A stretch of DNA of 64,000 nucleotides from Neoconidiobolus thromboides FSU 785 (lineage: Eukaryota; Fungi; Entomophthoromycota): assembly GCA_025603075.1 (NCBI GenBank), contig MU626354.1:1-64000 (forward strand), in the 5' to 3' direction. Within the stretch, counting starts at the first letter, position 1; every line of letters starts with the position of its first letter. This document shows, one piece after another, positions 46,923-59,919 of this stretch. The notes under the pieces are model-generated. The model ran no database searches, had not been told where the DNA came from, and saw only the letters and a program-made list of their open reading frames with translations. The position numbers and the translations under genes are program-made.

Positions 46923-49900
46923 TTAAGTAAAGGAGGAGGATTTAGCTTGAGCAGGTAAAGAAACACGATTCCTTGAAGGGGAGGAAGACAGATCCTTATT
47001 ATATTCTGAAAGTAGAGGGATATTTTTATAAACAAACGCATCAAAATCTGGCTCGATATTCTTTTGATTATATGATGCCGAGATAGCTCTTGGTCTTCCT
47101 TTTTTAAGGCTGGCATGTTTAGGCTGTGGTGTAAAAAGTCCAGATTCTTTATCAGGCTTTATGACCTTGACTTGAACCTCTTCTTTCTGTTGGCTATGTC
47201 TTTTGTTTTCTTTACTTTCCCTGTCAGCCTCTCCACTCTCCATCATTATATCTACATCAAAACCATTTTCATCTTCTAATTTTTGTATATCTGGCCTTTC
47301 ATTCCTCATATCAAAATAACTTGTATCCAATAAGTCTTCTGGACACGGTTTGAAGGGGGCTTCTGATTCCCTAATGGTATCAAAGTCAAGTCCACTAAAG
47401 AAAGGATGTTCTTTGATCCTTTCTCCTTGCAACCTAGAATTAGGATCACTGTTCAGAAGACCTTTTATTAAATCTTCAGCTAAAGGGTCTTCGATTCCAT
47501 CTTCTGGCCATTGGATATTATGATCAAGTATATTTTTAAAAATAGCCTCTGGACTCCCATCCATAAAAGGTGGATAAGCACATAAAAACTCAAAGAGACA
47601 TACGCCAAGTGCCCACCAGTCTACAGGAGTATGATGGCCTATACCTAAAAGAAGTTCCGGTGCTAAATAATCTGGAGTACCTAAGACACCTGTTTCTATT
47701 GCATTACTAGAATTTGTAACTTCATCCGTTTTAGGAGAAGGTAAAGAAAAACCGAATGGAGAATTCATCCCACTGTGATTTCGTTTTGTTGATTCATCTT
47801 TACTAACTGTTTGACTCCTTTCATTTTCTTTGACTACAATTCTAGAAAGCCCAAAATCAGTTAATTTAAGGTGACCATCACCATTTAATAGTATATTATC
47901 CGGTTTGAGATCTCGATGAATTACTCCATTTTTATGGAGATAATTAAGTGCAAGCGCCGTTTCTGCCGTATAAAACCGAGCCATCTCTATCGTTAACCCT
48001 CCCATTCCTGTAATCAAAGAGCTTAGATCTCCACCAATGAGATATTCTTGAACGAGGTAGAGATAATTTTTAGAATGAAAAGCATAAAAAAGGTTGACTA
48101 CATATGGCATTTGGGCTAAGGACATAACTTTGCGTTCTGTCATTACTTCCCGTATCATATTTTTTCTTATCATATCATCTTTTCTTATGACTTTAATAGC
48201 AAATAAGTCTTGAGTAGCTTTTTTACGTGATAGGTATACTTTTCCAAAAGCGCCTCTAGAGATAGGTTTAATAATCTCAAAATCATTGATTTGAGGTATT
48301 TTCCCACGCTTACTACTATTGTTCGAATCACTTGACTTAGAACTGGTTGGCGAACTTTTATTTTTCCTAAGGCTGTTTTTTAACATTCCGGAAAGTAAAG
48401 ATATTAGCTTTTGTGACATTGGTGAATCTTCTGAGCTTGTAGAACTTGTGTTGCTATTCGAACGATAAAGCTTATTCATATGGCGCAATCTTGATTCCGA
48501 TACTTCTTTTGATCTACCACGACTAAAATAATTTGTAGTTGAAGTGGGAGAAGAAGGAATAGAAATAGAATCTTTATTTAAATGCCTTAATTTTTCTAAA
48601 TAATTATCCACAACGGACCTTAAAGAATTACTAACTTCTAATGTTTGCTTAGCGTAGTTCTTAACAAAGTTCAAATCTTTTGAAAAATACATAATTTCTT
48701 TTAGTTTCTTTTTGATCCAATTTTCTTCGTCGATTATATTTTCCATACAAAGTCCTAAAAGATCATTCGATTCCTTTTCTAATATTTTAATATGTTTTAT
48801 AAACTTTTTGACGATTGTTGCACCTTCTTGATTCAATTTTTTTTCGTTTAGTGCTTCACCCAGCTCACTTAAAATGACTCCATACTCATTATGAATTTCA
48901 TGAAACTTCATCTCATGTAGCTGTGTGATAGCACATTCCTCAGAGTGATGCTCAAAATCATGTTTATATACCGTCTCATCACAGATGCGACATACAATAG
49001 ATTCAGTATTATTGTCAGTTAGATCATTTTGTGATGTAGAAAAAGGCCAACCTTTAAATAAGCTAACATCTCCGGACTTTGTACGATTATGAAGTTGTAA
49101 TGAACTCTCTTTATCGCGTTTTTTACTTCGAATTGGAAGAGTAGAACTACCTTTTAGCTTACTTTTATCAATAATCGATTTAAACCCAAAATTGTCCATT
49201 AGGTTTCCAATACTATTTTTACGTTGCGGGGGATTCATAGTCTCGGTTTTTTTGATATTCATTTCTTTTTTGTCAGGCTTATTTAATTGAACTGAAAGTC
49301 GCCTTAAGAAGTTTGGTTTAGGTTTCGAGTTAACTGAAAATATCGAGGGTCTTCTTAAATTTTTTACTTTCTCTTCACTCTCAATGTAATTCGAAGAGTC
49401 GTATGATTTACTTGCCACCATCATATTTGAACTAATTGACTGTTTTACTTCATCTTTGAGTGGACTTATAGGTTCACTTACTATCCCAGAACACTCTTCA
49501 AACTGTAATTTTGGTAAATTTAATCCCGATTGAATAAATGAAGTCGAATGCCTTAAAGGGGATGGTGAAATAGGTTGGGATAACAAGTACTGATTTTCAT
49601 AGTGTTTTATTTCCATCTCTTTTTTATTATAATCGTTCTATAATTTTTAATAATTGAATTAAAAAACATAAAAATACATACTATATACTCGGACAACCTA
49701 CAGCATGGCGAAAACTCAAAAACTAACTTAGACAATAAGTCTTCAGCTTCTGCATTACCAACAGTCATTTTTCGTAACTTTTGTAACAGCAATCGGAACT
49801 CTTTCATAATATCTTGACAAACGGTACTGTTGACCATCATTTCAACTGTAGTTGTTAAAATCCTTTCTGCTAAAGTTTCTATTTTAAATAATGATATTGT

Positions 49901-51552
49901 ATCTAAAGATGCTAAATAAAGTTTTAGCTATTAACTTTTGAACTTTAATTGTATTACCCAAATATGAAGGAGGCCAGCTGTTTGAATGTAGCCTTAAAAA
50001 ATGAGCGTTTTTTGAATGGCCATCTCGAGTTGAAACCTTTTTTACTTTGGGCAGATTAATCGGTTTAGAACTACTAAGCAATTGTTTAATATTTAGCAAA
50101 AGATTAAGTTTTAATACTTACCTATAAGATGAAATAGGTTCAAAAATTTCATGTTGATTGCTTTCTTCAGATTCCTCGTGCTTGATATGCCAATCACTTA
50201 TAGTCTGTTTAATTCCTTTATCTGCTAAAACCTTTTCGATCCTAAGTTCCTCAATAAGTTGTTCTTTAAAGTGGCCAAGGCTTAAGGGATTTATTCCGGG
50301 GTCTAAAGAACTAACTTGTTCCCCAGACTCAAAGCCTGGAAACAATTGCAGATTAACTCCTTGATCAAACGGTACTTCGCTGGCAGAAAGATAAGAACTA
50401 TCTTTCAGCTCATTTTCCTCGATATCGACTGATTTTTTCCCTTGGTGATAAGATACTAGTGGGTTTGGTGTAGTAATCAATGAACCCGATCTTCCCAAGG
50501 TTACGGCAATCGAGTTACTTCTCTTTCTAATCATTGGAACCGATACACATAAATTCTTACAATCGTGATTTACAAGGGAATTTTTGTTGTCTTGGGCGAA
50601 TGGTAAATTATTCAATTGACTAGATGGACTGGTTTCTGGACTTGTATAAATAGTTGAGAAATAAGGAGTGTTTAAAGAATGAGGAGAGTGGAATAGAGAA
50701 TCATCAGTATTTGTTGAATCGATTGATGATGAGAGGTAGTAGTCGCTTTGCATTTTACTATCGTAGTCGCTTGCATTAGCTCTAGAGTTGTAAGAGCTAG
50801 GCGAGAGATCTCTTTGCGGCAGCATAGCCCCACGTTTTTTCGCTAGATTCGATAAGCTTTGTACAGCTAAGTTTGATAACCCATCATTACTTCTTCGTAA
50901 TCTGTTTATTCTATCATCAGAGCAACTAGATATCTTTTTATTATTGTTGGAGCCATCATTTGAAACTTCATATAATCCTTGAGTCTGATAGCTTTGGAAA
51001 GAATCCTCTTTGTTATCTGATCCTGTACTGTTTTCTGATAAAGACGGTAGGTCTTGTAAAGGAGATACCTTTAATGATGAGCTATTGGTGGAATTGGGTG
51101 TACGGAAACCACCATACATTGAATGAGATCTTTCAAGTTGGTAAGGCGAGGTAGTACAAGGGGATAGATTGGGAGACTCTAAGGCATCTCTAAATGAATT
51201 CTTTCTTCCTAGCTGAGATATTTTTTTGTCTGATCCTATGTTGTCTACTGAAGTTGATTTTAAAGTCGAAATGGTTAATGCATCTAAGGAAGACATCGTT
51301 CTTCTTTGAAACCAATTTCCTACATGCGCTAAAGGGTGTTTACTATCTAAAATAATATTAGTATAAGTTAAAGTTAAAGTATATTGAGATACCATTTGAT
51401 TTATTTGTGCTTTTTATTGGTAGTGGAGGCGTTGGTGGGGGTCTTTGAATATTCAAAGTACCAAATTGAGAAGGTGAATTTGAAGGTAAAGAACTTAAAT
51501 CTATGTCATCTTTTGAAGAATTCTGTCGAGAATTGATTGGTGCAGGCAGCAT
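46923..51552 (-). CDS. RIM15: Greatwall/MAST-family AGC kinase, Rim15/Cek1-like (5 exons)
   Basis: FEIIKPISRGAFGKVYL, HRDLKPDN, LTDFGLS + insert + LGTPDYLAPE, VDWWALG, CRICDE..HSEEC. ORFs 51358, 50118, 49884, 49607 and 46923 splice in frame. Confidence 0.88.
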
Positions 51553-52519
51553 ATTTTAACAATACTACTATTGTCAAGTCAAAAAGGTGGATATTTATTA
51601 TTGAAATTGAGGAATGATTTTAATAAGTCAATATACAATCTAGTTTGATGTTATTTTAAATAAGAAAGATTTATTTTTTGTGTTAACCTTTAAATTTGAA
51701 ACTCTTTCCTGCATTCACTTAAATTTTCAATCTTTTTTGATATGCAGAAATAGCTAAATTTGTACGTGACTGTGTTATTATTGATAAATCCCTACTAATA
51801 TTTGAAATAAACATGTTTTAAAATAGATCGAATTTCATTGGCTAAAGTTGCTATGGCTATGTGTACTTTAATTATTTTTTTGGTTAATTTTAATAACAAC
51901 AAATATCAAAAATATCAACCTCAAATTATCAATTTTATATTCATAATTATAATCTCTATATGGTTATGTAATAAATCTTGTATATCTTATTGCTGTTAAA
52001 TTACATATAAATATTTTTTAAGTAAATTTAGATCATTAAATTTCATTTTTTTTATCTATATTTCTTTTGATTTCATCTTTTTGATTTTTTTTCCCATATA
52101 ATTTATAGGTGTGGGAATAAAAATGATTTAGGTGAAATCACTAATTTTAAAATATTTTATTGTCAAATCATTTCATTATGTGACTATTTTTAATTCTAAC
52201 CTTTATTGCTTAAATTATATTTAGGATTTAACTTATTGGTTTAACTAAGAATATGATTATAAAGAGTACTAATTTCTGATTCAATTTATTATTATTGACC
52301 CTTAAAATAACACGTTTTAATGTCTAAAAATATTCTATTTATTTAAAACATATAATCTATAGAATACAGTATATGTAATTAAAATTGATATTTGAGTTCT
52401 TCTAGTGCTATCTAATTCGAGCTTTTATTTATCAAGTCATTCAGTTAAATTTGTTAGAAACTATTTTGCTATTTTAATTATGCAACTTAAAACAAGTTTA
52501 AATTAACAAAACATATGAT

Positions 52520-52930
52520 AGCTGCAGCTCTATTGCGACTTGGCTAGCACTAATTTTTAAAGTCAATTAGTAGTTTGTTGTTTTCCAATACCTAACGCAG
52601 ATTTTAAATTTAATAAAATTTTATCCTTGAATGAACAGTTAATTATGTTGCGATGGATCTGCGATAGGTGTATTTAGACATAGAATTCGATACTATTTGT
52701 CGTAAAAATAGTTTTAGATATAACTTTGTTTCTACCCAACTTTTATATACAATTTTTTAGCTACAAAAAGCACCATAAAGCTTTTGCTCTAAATCGCATG
52801 TTAAATGGTCTAATTCCTCCACAATTTGTAAACTTCTTATCTATATATGTTATAAAAGTCAATGTGAACTCATCGTTTCCATATTTTGGTTTTTTCAACT
52901 TGTCTTAAATAAGGACATGAATATTTTTAG
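52520..52930 (-). mobile_element. Possible decayed non-LTR retrotransposon RT fragment
   Basis: Stop-interrupted frame containing CGGIRPFNMRFRAKALWCF, reminiscent of the GGLG..N...AL..KW.W region of L1/Tx1 ORF2. Confidence 0.25.
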
Positions 52931-53294
52931 ATATGTCATGGATCTAATTTCTTATTTTATTATTATACTAAATACTAATATTTATGATCTTTTTATATTG
53001 ATGGTTATCTTATTATGAAACACACACAAATTTCCAAAATAAACACTATCTCCTATTTCTGAATTAAAGATTCATTTCATAACTCATTACACACAGCAAA
53101 TTTGAATTATTAACTTCAATTACAGACTACTTTATTCAATTTTCATACTCTTTTAAAGTCACAAAATAAAATAACATTTTAAAATGTTATTTTATATTTA
53201 TAATTTTAATTTGTAAAGTACTATAAAGTATACTATATTTTATAAACCTTGTTTTGAACTTATTTTAAATACAAAAGCTATTAAGATGGAATTT

Positions 53295-53388
53295 GGGAAT
53301 ATATTTCTTAAAGAATTCTACTAGCAACTTTTCCACTTAAATAGTGCTGTAAAAATGAAAAAAGTGATGAAACCAAAAAAACACTCCC
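53295..53388 (+). mobile_element. MITE copy 14
   Basis: GGGAATATATTT...AAAAAAACACTCCC; flanks ATTT/ATAT. Confidence 0.88.
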
Positions 53389-53871
53389 ATATAGTCCATT
53401 AAAATATACTATAAAATTATTTACACTATTTTTAATTTAACTCAATTTTAAATCTTTACTTTAAACATTTATTATAAGTATAGTTACAATCAGTTGTGAG
53501 ATTTTTGATAACAAATTAGCTGAGACTTATAATATAATACAGTTTAATCATATTTAAAATAAATTTATATTATTCTATAAACTATCGATTGGGTTACAAT
53601 CTTTACTATAACATTAATGTGTAAAAAAAACAGTAAATAACTTCTATATAATTTAAAGATAGAGCAAATATATAATACTAAAACAAAATAGTTTAAAGCC
53701 AAAAAAATAATAATACTTACATTATAGTTCTAGAGCACTGTTAAACAAATGAAATGTGTTTATGACATTTTGTTTAATTTTCTAATATAGAATTTAAAAA
53801 AATAGTGAGCAAATTATAAAAAAGCGAATAGTTTTGTTTACTTTCTAATACATTTTATAATTCTTTAGAAT

Positions 53872-53971
53872 GGAAGTGTTTTTTTTGGCTTCATTGCTTT
53901 TTCTATCTTTTAAGTGTTATTTGAGTGGAAAAATTGTTAGTAAAATTCTTAAACAAGAAAAATACATCTCT
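53872..53971 (-). mobile_element. MITE copy 15
   Basis: GGAAGTGTTTTTTTT...AATACATCTCT; flanks GAAT/GAGT. Confidence 0.88.
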
Positions 53972-54287
53972 GAGTACAAATCCATATATCATTCGAAGTT
54001 TTTATTAAGCATATCAATAATAAGTTTACTTTTCATATTTGACTTATACTTACATGCTATAGAAAAAAAGCCATAAAAAGGAAATATCAATCTCAATATA
54101 AATAGAACCGTTTATTAATATTAAAATGAATTAATATAGTTTTGATGATACGATTTTATTTTAATAAACCCTTAATTAAAATAGATTATTCTAATTGACT
54201 GAAATAAAAGATTGAAAAAGCGAAGTACTAAGTTGCTAAATAGTGGGTAATTCTAAAGGAAATTAATAATCCAAATCCACTAAATGA

Positions 54288-55937
54288 ATGATTGGCTGGA
54301 AATTAAATTCGAAAATTTATTTAAAGGAGAACTGGGGAGAAAAAAATCAAAGATTTAGAATGATTGGAATTGGGGATATCAAAGAGATAAGACGATATGA
54401 GGATGAAGAAATAGAAGAGATGGTACAGTTAGTTGAGAAATATATTCCAAAGATGATTGATTTTATGCGTGAGGGGAAAGAAGGAGGTGGTAAAGTAGTA
54501 ATTAATGAAAGCAAAAAAGAGTTATATGAGATCTTAGATTTGAAGTTTGAAAATAGAAGAATAGGATCCAAAGAGTTAGAAACGGTTATAGAGAAATTAT
54601 TCAAGTATTCTATCAACCCATACAATGCCAAGTTTTGTGACAAATTATATTCCGGAAGTAACCCAATTGGCGTATTATCTGAATGGCTATTGACTTTTTT
54701 AAACGCTAATAGTCATGTGTACCATGTATCCCCAGTATTAACTCAAATAGAATTATTCACTTCAAGGGAGCTGGCTAAGTTGTATGGATTTAATGATAAG
54801 TTTTCGGGTGGCTTAACATTCCCTGGAGGTTCTACTTCTAATTTGATGGCTTTAGTAACCTGTCGTAACTTATGGTATCCTCATATTAAGTTTAATGGAT
54901 ATACAGAGAAAGATAAATTGTCTATTTTTACATCGGATAAATCTCATTACTCTATACAAAAATCAGCAATGAGTATAGGAATAGGATTAAATAGAGTATA
55001 TAAAGTGAAGACTAAAATAGAAGGCACTATGGATATTGAAGACTTGATAAATAAGATCGAATATTCTATTAGTTTAGGGGAAACACCTTTATTTTTAAAT
55101 ATTACTGCAGGTACTACAGTACAGGGATTTTTTGAAGACATAATAGAGTTGTGTAAAGTAGCAAAAAAATATCAATTATGGGCTCATTTAGACGCTAGCT
55201 GGGGAGGACCAGTTATATTTTCTGAGAAATATAAACACTTATTAAATGGTAGTGAAATGGTTGATTCTATTACTATGAATCCCCATAAATTATTGGGGGT
55301 CCCTTTGCAATGTTCCTTTTTATTACTTAAGGATAGAACTCAGTTTGTAAAGGCAAACTCTTTAGATGCGGATTATTTATTCCATAATTCGAGCCTTAAA
55401 GAAAATGATGATAATTTGGATTGGTTAGAACATCAATCAGATTTAGGACAGGGTACTATTGCTTGTGGGCGTAAACCAGATGCTTTTAAGATGTATTTAG
55501 CTTGGAAATACTACGGAAAGATCGAATTTGAAAATAGAGTTAATGTTGCGTTTGATAATATCTGTTATTTAAAACAAAAGATTTTAAACCATCCCAGGTT
55601 TCAATTAGCGTTTAATCCAAATTCTGTCAATTGCTGCTTTTGGTACATTCCATTATCTTATACCAAACAATTTGCTTATTTGAGTGAGGATAACCTAATC
55701 TCGAATGAAGTGGTCCCTAAAGCATACGGCATTGCTACCATTGATATTCATAAAAAATTGAGAGAAAATGGAGAGTTTATGATAGATTATAGTCCTTTAG
55801 ATATTAATACTGACAATGGCTTGATAACTTTACCTCCTTTCTTTAGAATGGTAAGCCATAATCCTAATCTTAACCCCAATCATATGGATCAACTAATTGA
55901 ACTAATATTATATTATGCAAGTGATTTAAAGTTATAA
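54288..55937 (+). CDS. Group II PLP-dependent amino-acid decarboxylase (GAD65/67-CSAD-GADL1-like), intronless
   Basis: TFPGGSTSN, SHYSIQKSA, TAGTTVQG, HLDASWGG, PLP-lysine NPHKLL, CGRKPDAFKMYL. Start codon could be a later ATG. Confidence 0.93.
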   Translation: MIGWKLNSKIYLKENWGEKNQRFRMIGIGDIKEIRRYEDEEIEEMVQLVEKYIPKMIDFMREGKEGGGKVVINESKKELYEILDLKFENRRIGSKELETVIEKLFKYSINPYNAKFCDKLYSGSNPIGVLSEWLLTFLNANSHVYHVSPVLTQIELFTSRELAKLYGFNDKFSGGLTFPGGSTSNLMALVTCRNLWYPHIKFNGYTEKDKLSIFTSDKSHYSIQKSAMSIGIGLNRVYKVKTKIEGTMDIEDLINKIEYSISLGETPLFLNITAGTTVQGFFEDIIELCKVAKKYQLWAHLDASWGGPVIFSEKYKHLLNGSEMVDSITMNPHKLLGVPLQCSFLLLKDRTQFVKANSLDADYLFHNSSLKENDDNLDWLEHQSDLGQGTIACGRKPDAFKMYLAWKYYGKIEFENRVNVAFDNICYLKQKILNHPRFQLAFNPNSVNCCFWYIPLSYTKQFAYLSEDNLISNEVVPKAYGIATIDIHKKLRENGEFMIDYSPLDINTDNGLITLPPFFRMVSHNPNLNPNHMDQLIELILYYASDLKL

Positions 55938-56837
55938 AATAAAATAGTATATAAAGTTTAAATGTTATTTATTCAATTTTAATGAGATTCAAATTACACA
56001 CGGCATAGAAACCTAGAAATATATATTAATATCTTGTTTAGATGTGCTTTTTTAACAATTAATTGTAAAACTTCAGAATAAAATTAGCATCAATAAATCA
56101 AACTATTATGTTTTAGAAGAAGAATAGGATGACCTGCCCAAAAAGGACTTCAGTGCTTGACTCTATTAAATATCTCATCATATTCTGTTTAAACTTGAAA
56201 TTTATGGATTTACTTACATTACAAAATTAACAATATTGTGCATTGGTTATTGACGATTTGCTTTTATACTGTTATTTGGTCGAAAATTTCGAGTTGTAGG
56301 GTGCAAATTTTTTTAATTGGTTAATTTTGAAATTTTTCTTATTAATGGATTGGAAGTTATGGGAAGTTTAATTTATTAGTAGAGTATAATAATTTGATGT
56401 CTATTATGTGAATAATAAATAACACAAAATGAAAAATATATTGATTTTCAATACCAATTGGCTATTTTATTACTATATTGACTTAAGGTCTACTAGTTTA
56501 TAGGACCTTAGTTGTTCACCTATATGAAGTCTAGTTTATTAATAAAAGTAGTCAAAATGATTTTCATACTAATGTTTTAAAATAGTTTGCTAAAGCTATA
56601 AGTTTTAAAGAAAATTACTGAATAAAGATATTCAAAGTAGTATTTAAATAACTTATTATAACAGTTTGCTATATTTTTAAAGTAATATTCTTTATAAAAT
56701 ATTTTTTAAGCAATACTATAATAAATGATTTCAAAGGTTATTTTTTAGCTATTTGCTATTTGTGGCCATTTTAATAATGCAAAAAAATGAAATAATAAAG
56801 TTCTAAACCTAAAATCAAAGTTTTAAGATTTAACTTA

Positions 56838-58018
56838 ATGAATTATAAAGAATTAATATTAAAGCAGTATACGTATTTAGAAACAAAAAAAGATATTCAA
56901 ATAGAATATAAAAAAATCAATGAAGTAGCAGATATCAGTAGCCTTGGAGCGAATTTAACCTTTGATTATGGTATTGAAACAAAAGCAAGGGGTAACTTTT
57001 TTAACATGCTTTTTATATAAAATTAAATTCTTATTAAAAGAATAGTGTATTTAAAATGGACATTTATAAAACAGTTACAGGATTACACTTTAATCCCAGA
57101 GCTAATAATTGAACCAAGCTATGCACCATATAATATAACAAAAGACGAAAAGTTCTTAAATGAATTTCAATTAGGCAAACTATGGCTGCAAGAAGGTAAC
57201 AATTTAAGGATAGAAGGGCTATATAAAGTGATAAAAACGTTAAAGGAGTATTTTAAGCTCCATTTGCAAAAAAACGTTTTATCCAAGGGCTATGAAAGAG
57301 TTCAGTATGAGCTTGAAAACTGGAAACATGAAGAAATATTAGAGTTTCAATATATGGACTTAAAGGATAAACAGCGTTTAAGTTTATGCACGTTTTTGAA
57401 ATTTAAGCTGGAAGAAAACTTAAGTAATGATATCCTAGACCAAGTTGATGTACAGGCAAAAGTTACTTTTATATATAAAGACTTAAATTTAGTTGACATT
57501 CAATCACACCTATTATTGTCACCAGAAGCTATGGTTTTAAACGACCATATTATACTTCATAATATGTTGCCAAATCAAACATTCTCAAAATATGTTACTC
57601 AGTTTCAACAGTATTTAAAAGGCAAGATTGAAAAAAGTTTCCTACCTAGCTTGGAAATCAAACGTCAGCTTATAGCCATGCTAAAAAATAAATATGAAAG
57701 GTAAGCTTATTAACATTTTTAGTTGTTTAGTTTTTATTAACTAATTTAAATAGCCAAGTTGATGTGTACGATTATCAAAGCATTTGTTTTAATGTTAAGA
57801 TTGAAAATAAAACTGAAATAGAAAGTTTTAAAGTAAATATAAATTTAAATCAAAATTACCCAAAGCAAGGATTAACATTAAGTATTGAATCAGAACCCAA
57901 TGTTTTACTTCAACCTCAACCTAAGTCTGAAGATACTATTGATTCTTTTCTATTAAGAGTCTTAGATTTAATCGAACAATACATTCTAGCAAAAATGTCT
58001 CAACATTTATACAAATAA
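56838..58018 (+). CDS. BRE/BRCC45 (BABAM2)-like tandem UEV/RWD protein (3 exons)
   Basis: Introns 56992-57045 and ~57701-57753. LKWTFI..LIPELII, LYKVIKTLKEY..RVQYE, KRQLIAML..VDVYDY..VNINL..NYPKQ parallel human BRE segments recalled from memory. Confidence 0.6.
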
Positions 58019-58126
58019 ATAAAATAATTTCAAAAACAATATGCTTTATTTTATTTTATTTTTAACTGTTAACAATTTAAGCACTAATTTCAAATTTTAA
58101 TAAAGTTAATATTCTTAAAATTAAAT

Positions 58127-59450
58127 TTACCTTTCTCTTTCTAAAAATCCAACTTGAGTTTTAGAATTGATAGCTTCTTCAGCTCTAGTTTTAAGTTGAT
58201 TTAAAGCTTCAAGGTTAGGACCAACCTTCTCGAATACAAGCTCTAACTTAGCTAGTTGTTCTTCAGCTTGAGCAGGGGTTGGAGTTTCAGGTAAGAAATG
58301 ATTAGCTTTCTAAAAAACAAATCAGTTATTAATCAAACCATCTTAAGATAAAACTTACTTCTGAAAGCTCTCTAATAGCCTTCTTAACCTTACGGATAGC
58401 TTTCTTTAAAGCTTCTTTATCTTTCTTTTCTTTAGCTGCTTTTTCTTTGGATTCGGCAATCACTTTTTCTTTAGCTTTTCTTTCTTCTTCTTCTTGTTTA
58501 GCCTTAGCTTCTAAAGCTGCCTTTTCAGCTTGGGCTTTAGTTGGTTTCTTTTTAGCAGCACGTTTATCCTTATCTTCTTGTTTAAACTTGATAATACGAG
58601 GATCAAGGGAGATAGCGGTATCAATTAATTTAAGGAACCTTTGACCATCTTCTTTCTTACGTTGAGCTCTTTCTTTTTTATTCTTTTGTTCAATGTATCT
58701 CTTATTATCACGGTTATCACCATCAGCATCCTCTTTATCAAGGTATTCAAATGAACGCCATGATTCCATGTTATAAAAGAAGTCATAGAAGGCTTCTACT
58801 TGATCACGGGGGCTATCGATATCACCTAATTCGGGCACTGGTTGTTTCTTACTGAAACGTCCTTCTCTTTCGAAAACTGGGGTCCAAAGCTCAAAGAAAT
58901 CACCCTTAGTTTTAGAAGTTGGGAAGGTATCTGGGTAAAACTCATCTACAGAGTCATATTGACGTCTCTTTTCTTTATTCGTGAGGATCTCATAAGCCTT
59001 TTGAATACATTTGAAAACACGATCATCGTTAGTATTACCAGAAGCAGCTTTCTTATCTGGATGATGACGAAGAACTTTCTTATGGAAAGCTCTCTTAATT
59101 TGGTCGTCAGTGGCTTTATAGCGGTATTTAGAAAGACCTAGTAATTGGTAATGATCTTGAGACTTCCAGTCTCTTGGGTCTAAGTTTTTCATATCAGCTG
59201 GCTCTTCTTCATCTTCAGAAAGATCTTCATCATCACCTTGATCATTTCCATAGATTTCTTGTTGGATCTTTTCATCTTCAGAGAAGGTACGTTTGTGGAA
59301 ACGACGACGGACAAAAGCTTGGAATTTAGGGCCAATTAATTCTAAGTTACGTTGTTCAGTTTTGGTTAATCCATCTTTGATGCTACCTGGTGTGGCGGCA
59401 TTGAATGAAGTTGGTACTTTTGCTAATTTTAATGATAAGACAGTTGCCAT
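58127..59450 (-). CDS. ZUO1: Zuotin, ribosome-associated J-protein
   Basis: DWKSQDHYQLLGL, HHPDKK, FEREGRFS, SWRSFEYLD, NRDNKRYIE, DPRI. Second exon ~58310-58130; last codons may splice to ~58078. Confidence 0.96.
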
Positions 59451-59919
59451 TTTTTGATTAAAATCTCAAAGAAATGAAAATAACTTAGATTGCAAATAAA
59501 TCGATAAAAATTATGGGACCTAAAATATTAGCTTGCTTTGGATTGACTGATGTTAACCTTCTGAGTATTAAGTTTCTTGAAAAAGTCTGTTTGGTTGGAT
59601 CAAAATTTTCGATCAATTTATTGATTTGGTCCTGGATAAGTAAAAATTTATTCCAAGTTATGCGAGCTGAGCTCGTCAATAGTATCAAAATGGTTAACCC
59701 TTATTGTAGGAAGTTGCTACTTTTGAATGTGATTATAATTTGCTAAAAAATTCAAAGAAATTCACATATATATTTTAATTTATTCTATTTATTAATTTAA
59801 GGCATCTTCTATTTAGAGTTAATATTAAGTATGAGTTAATTCATAACTGAGGGTCAATTTTTTCATATTTCATTTATTGCAAGAGATGTTAGCCATAAGA
59901 CCAAGAAAATAAAGGATAC

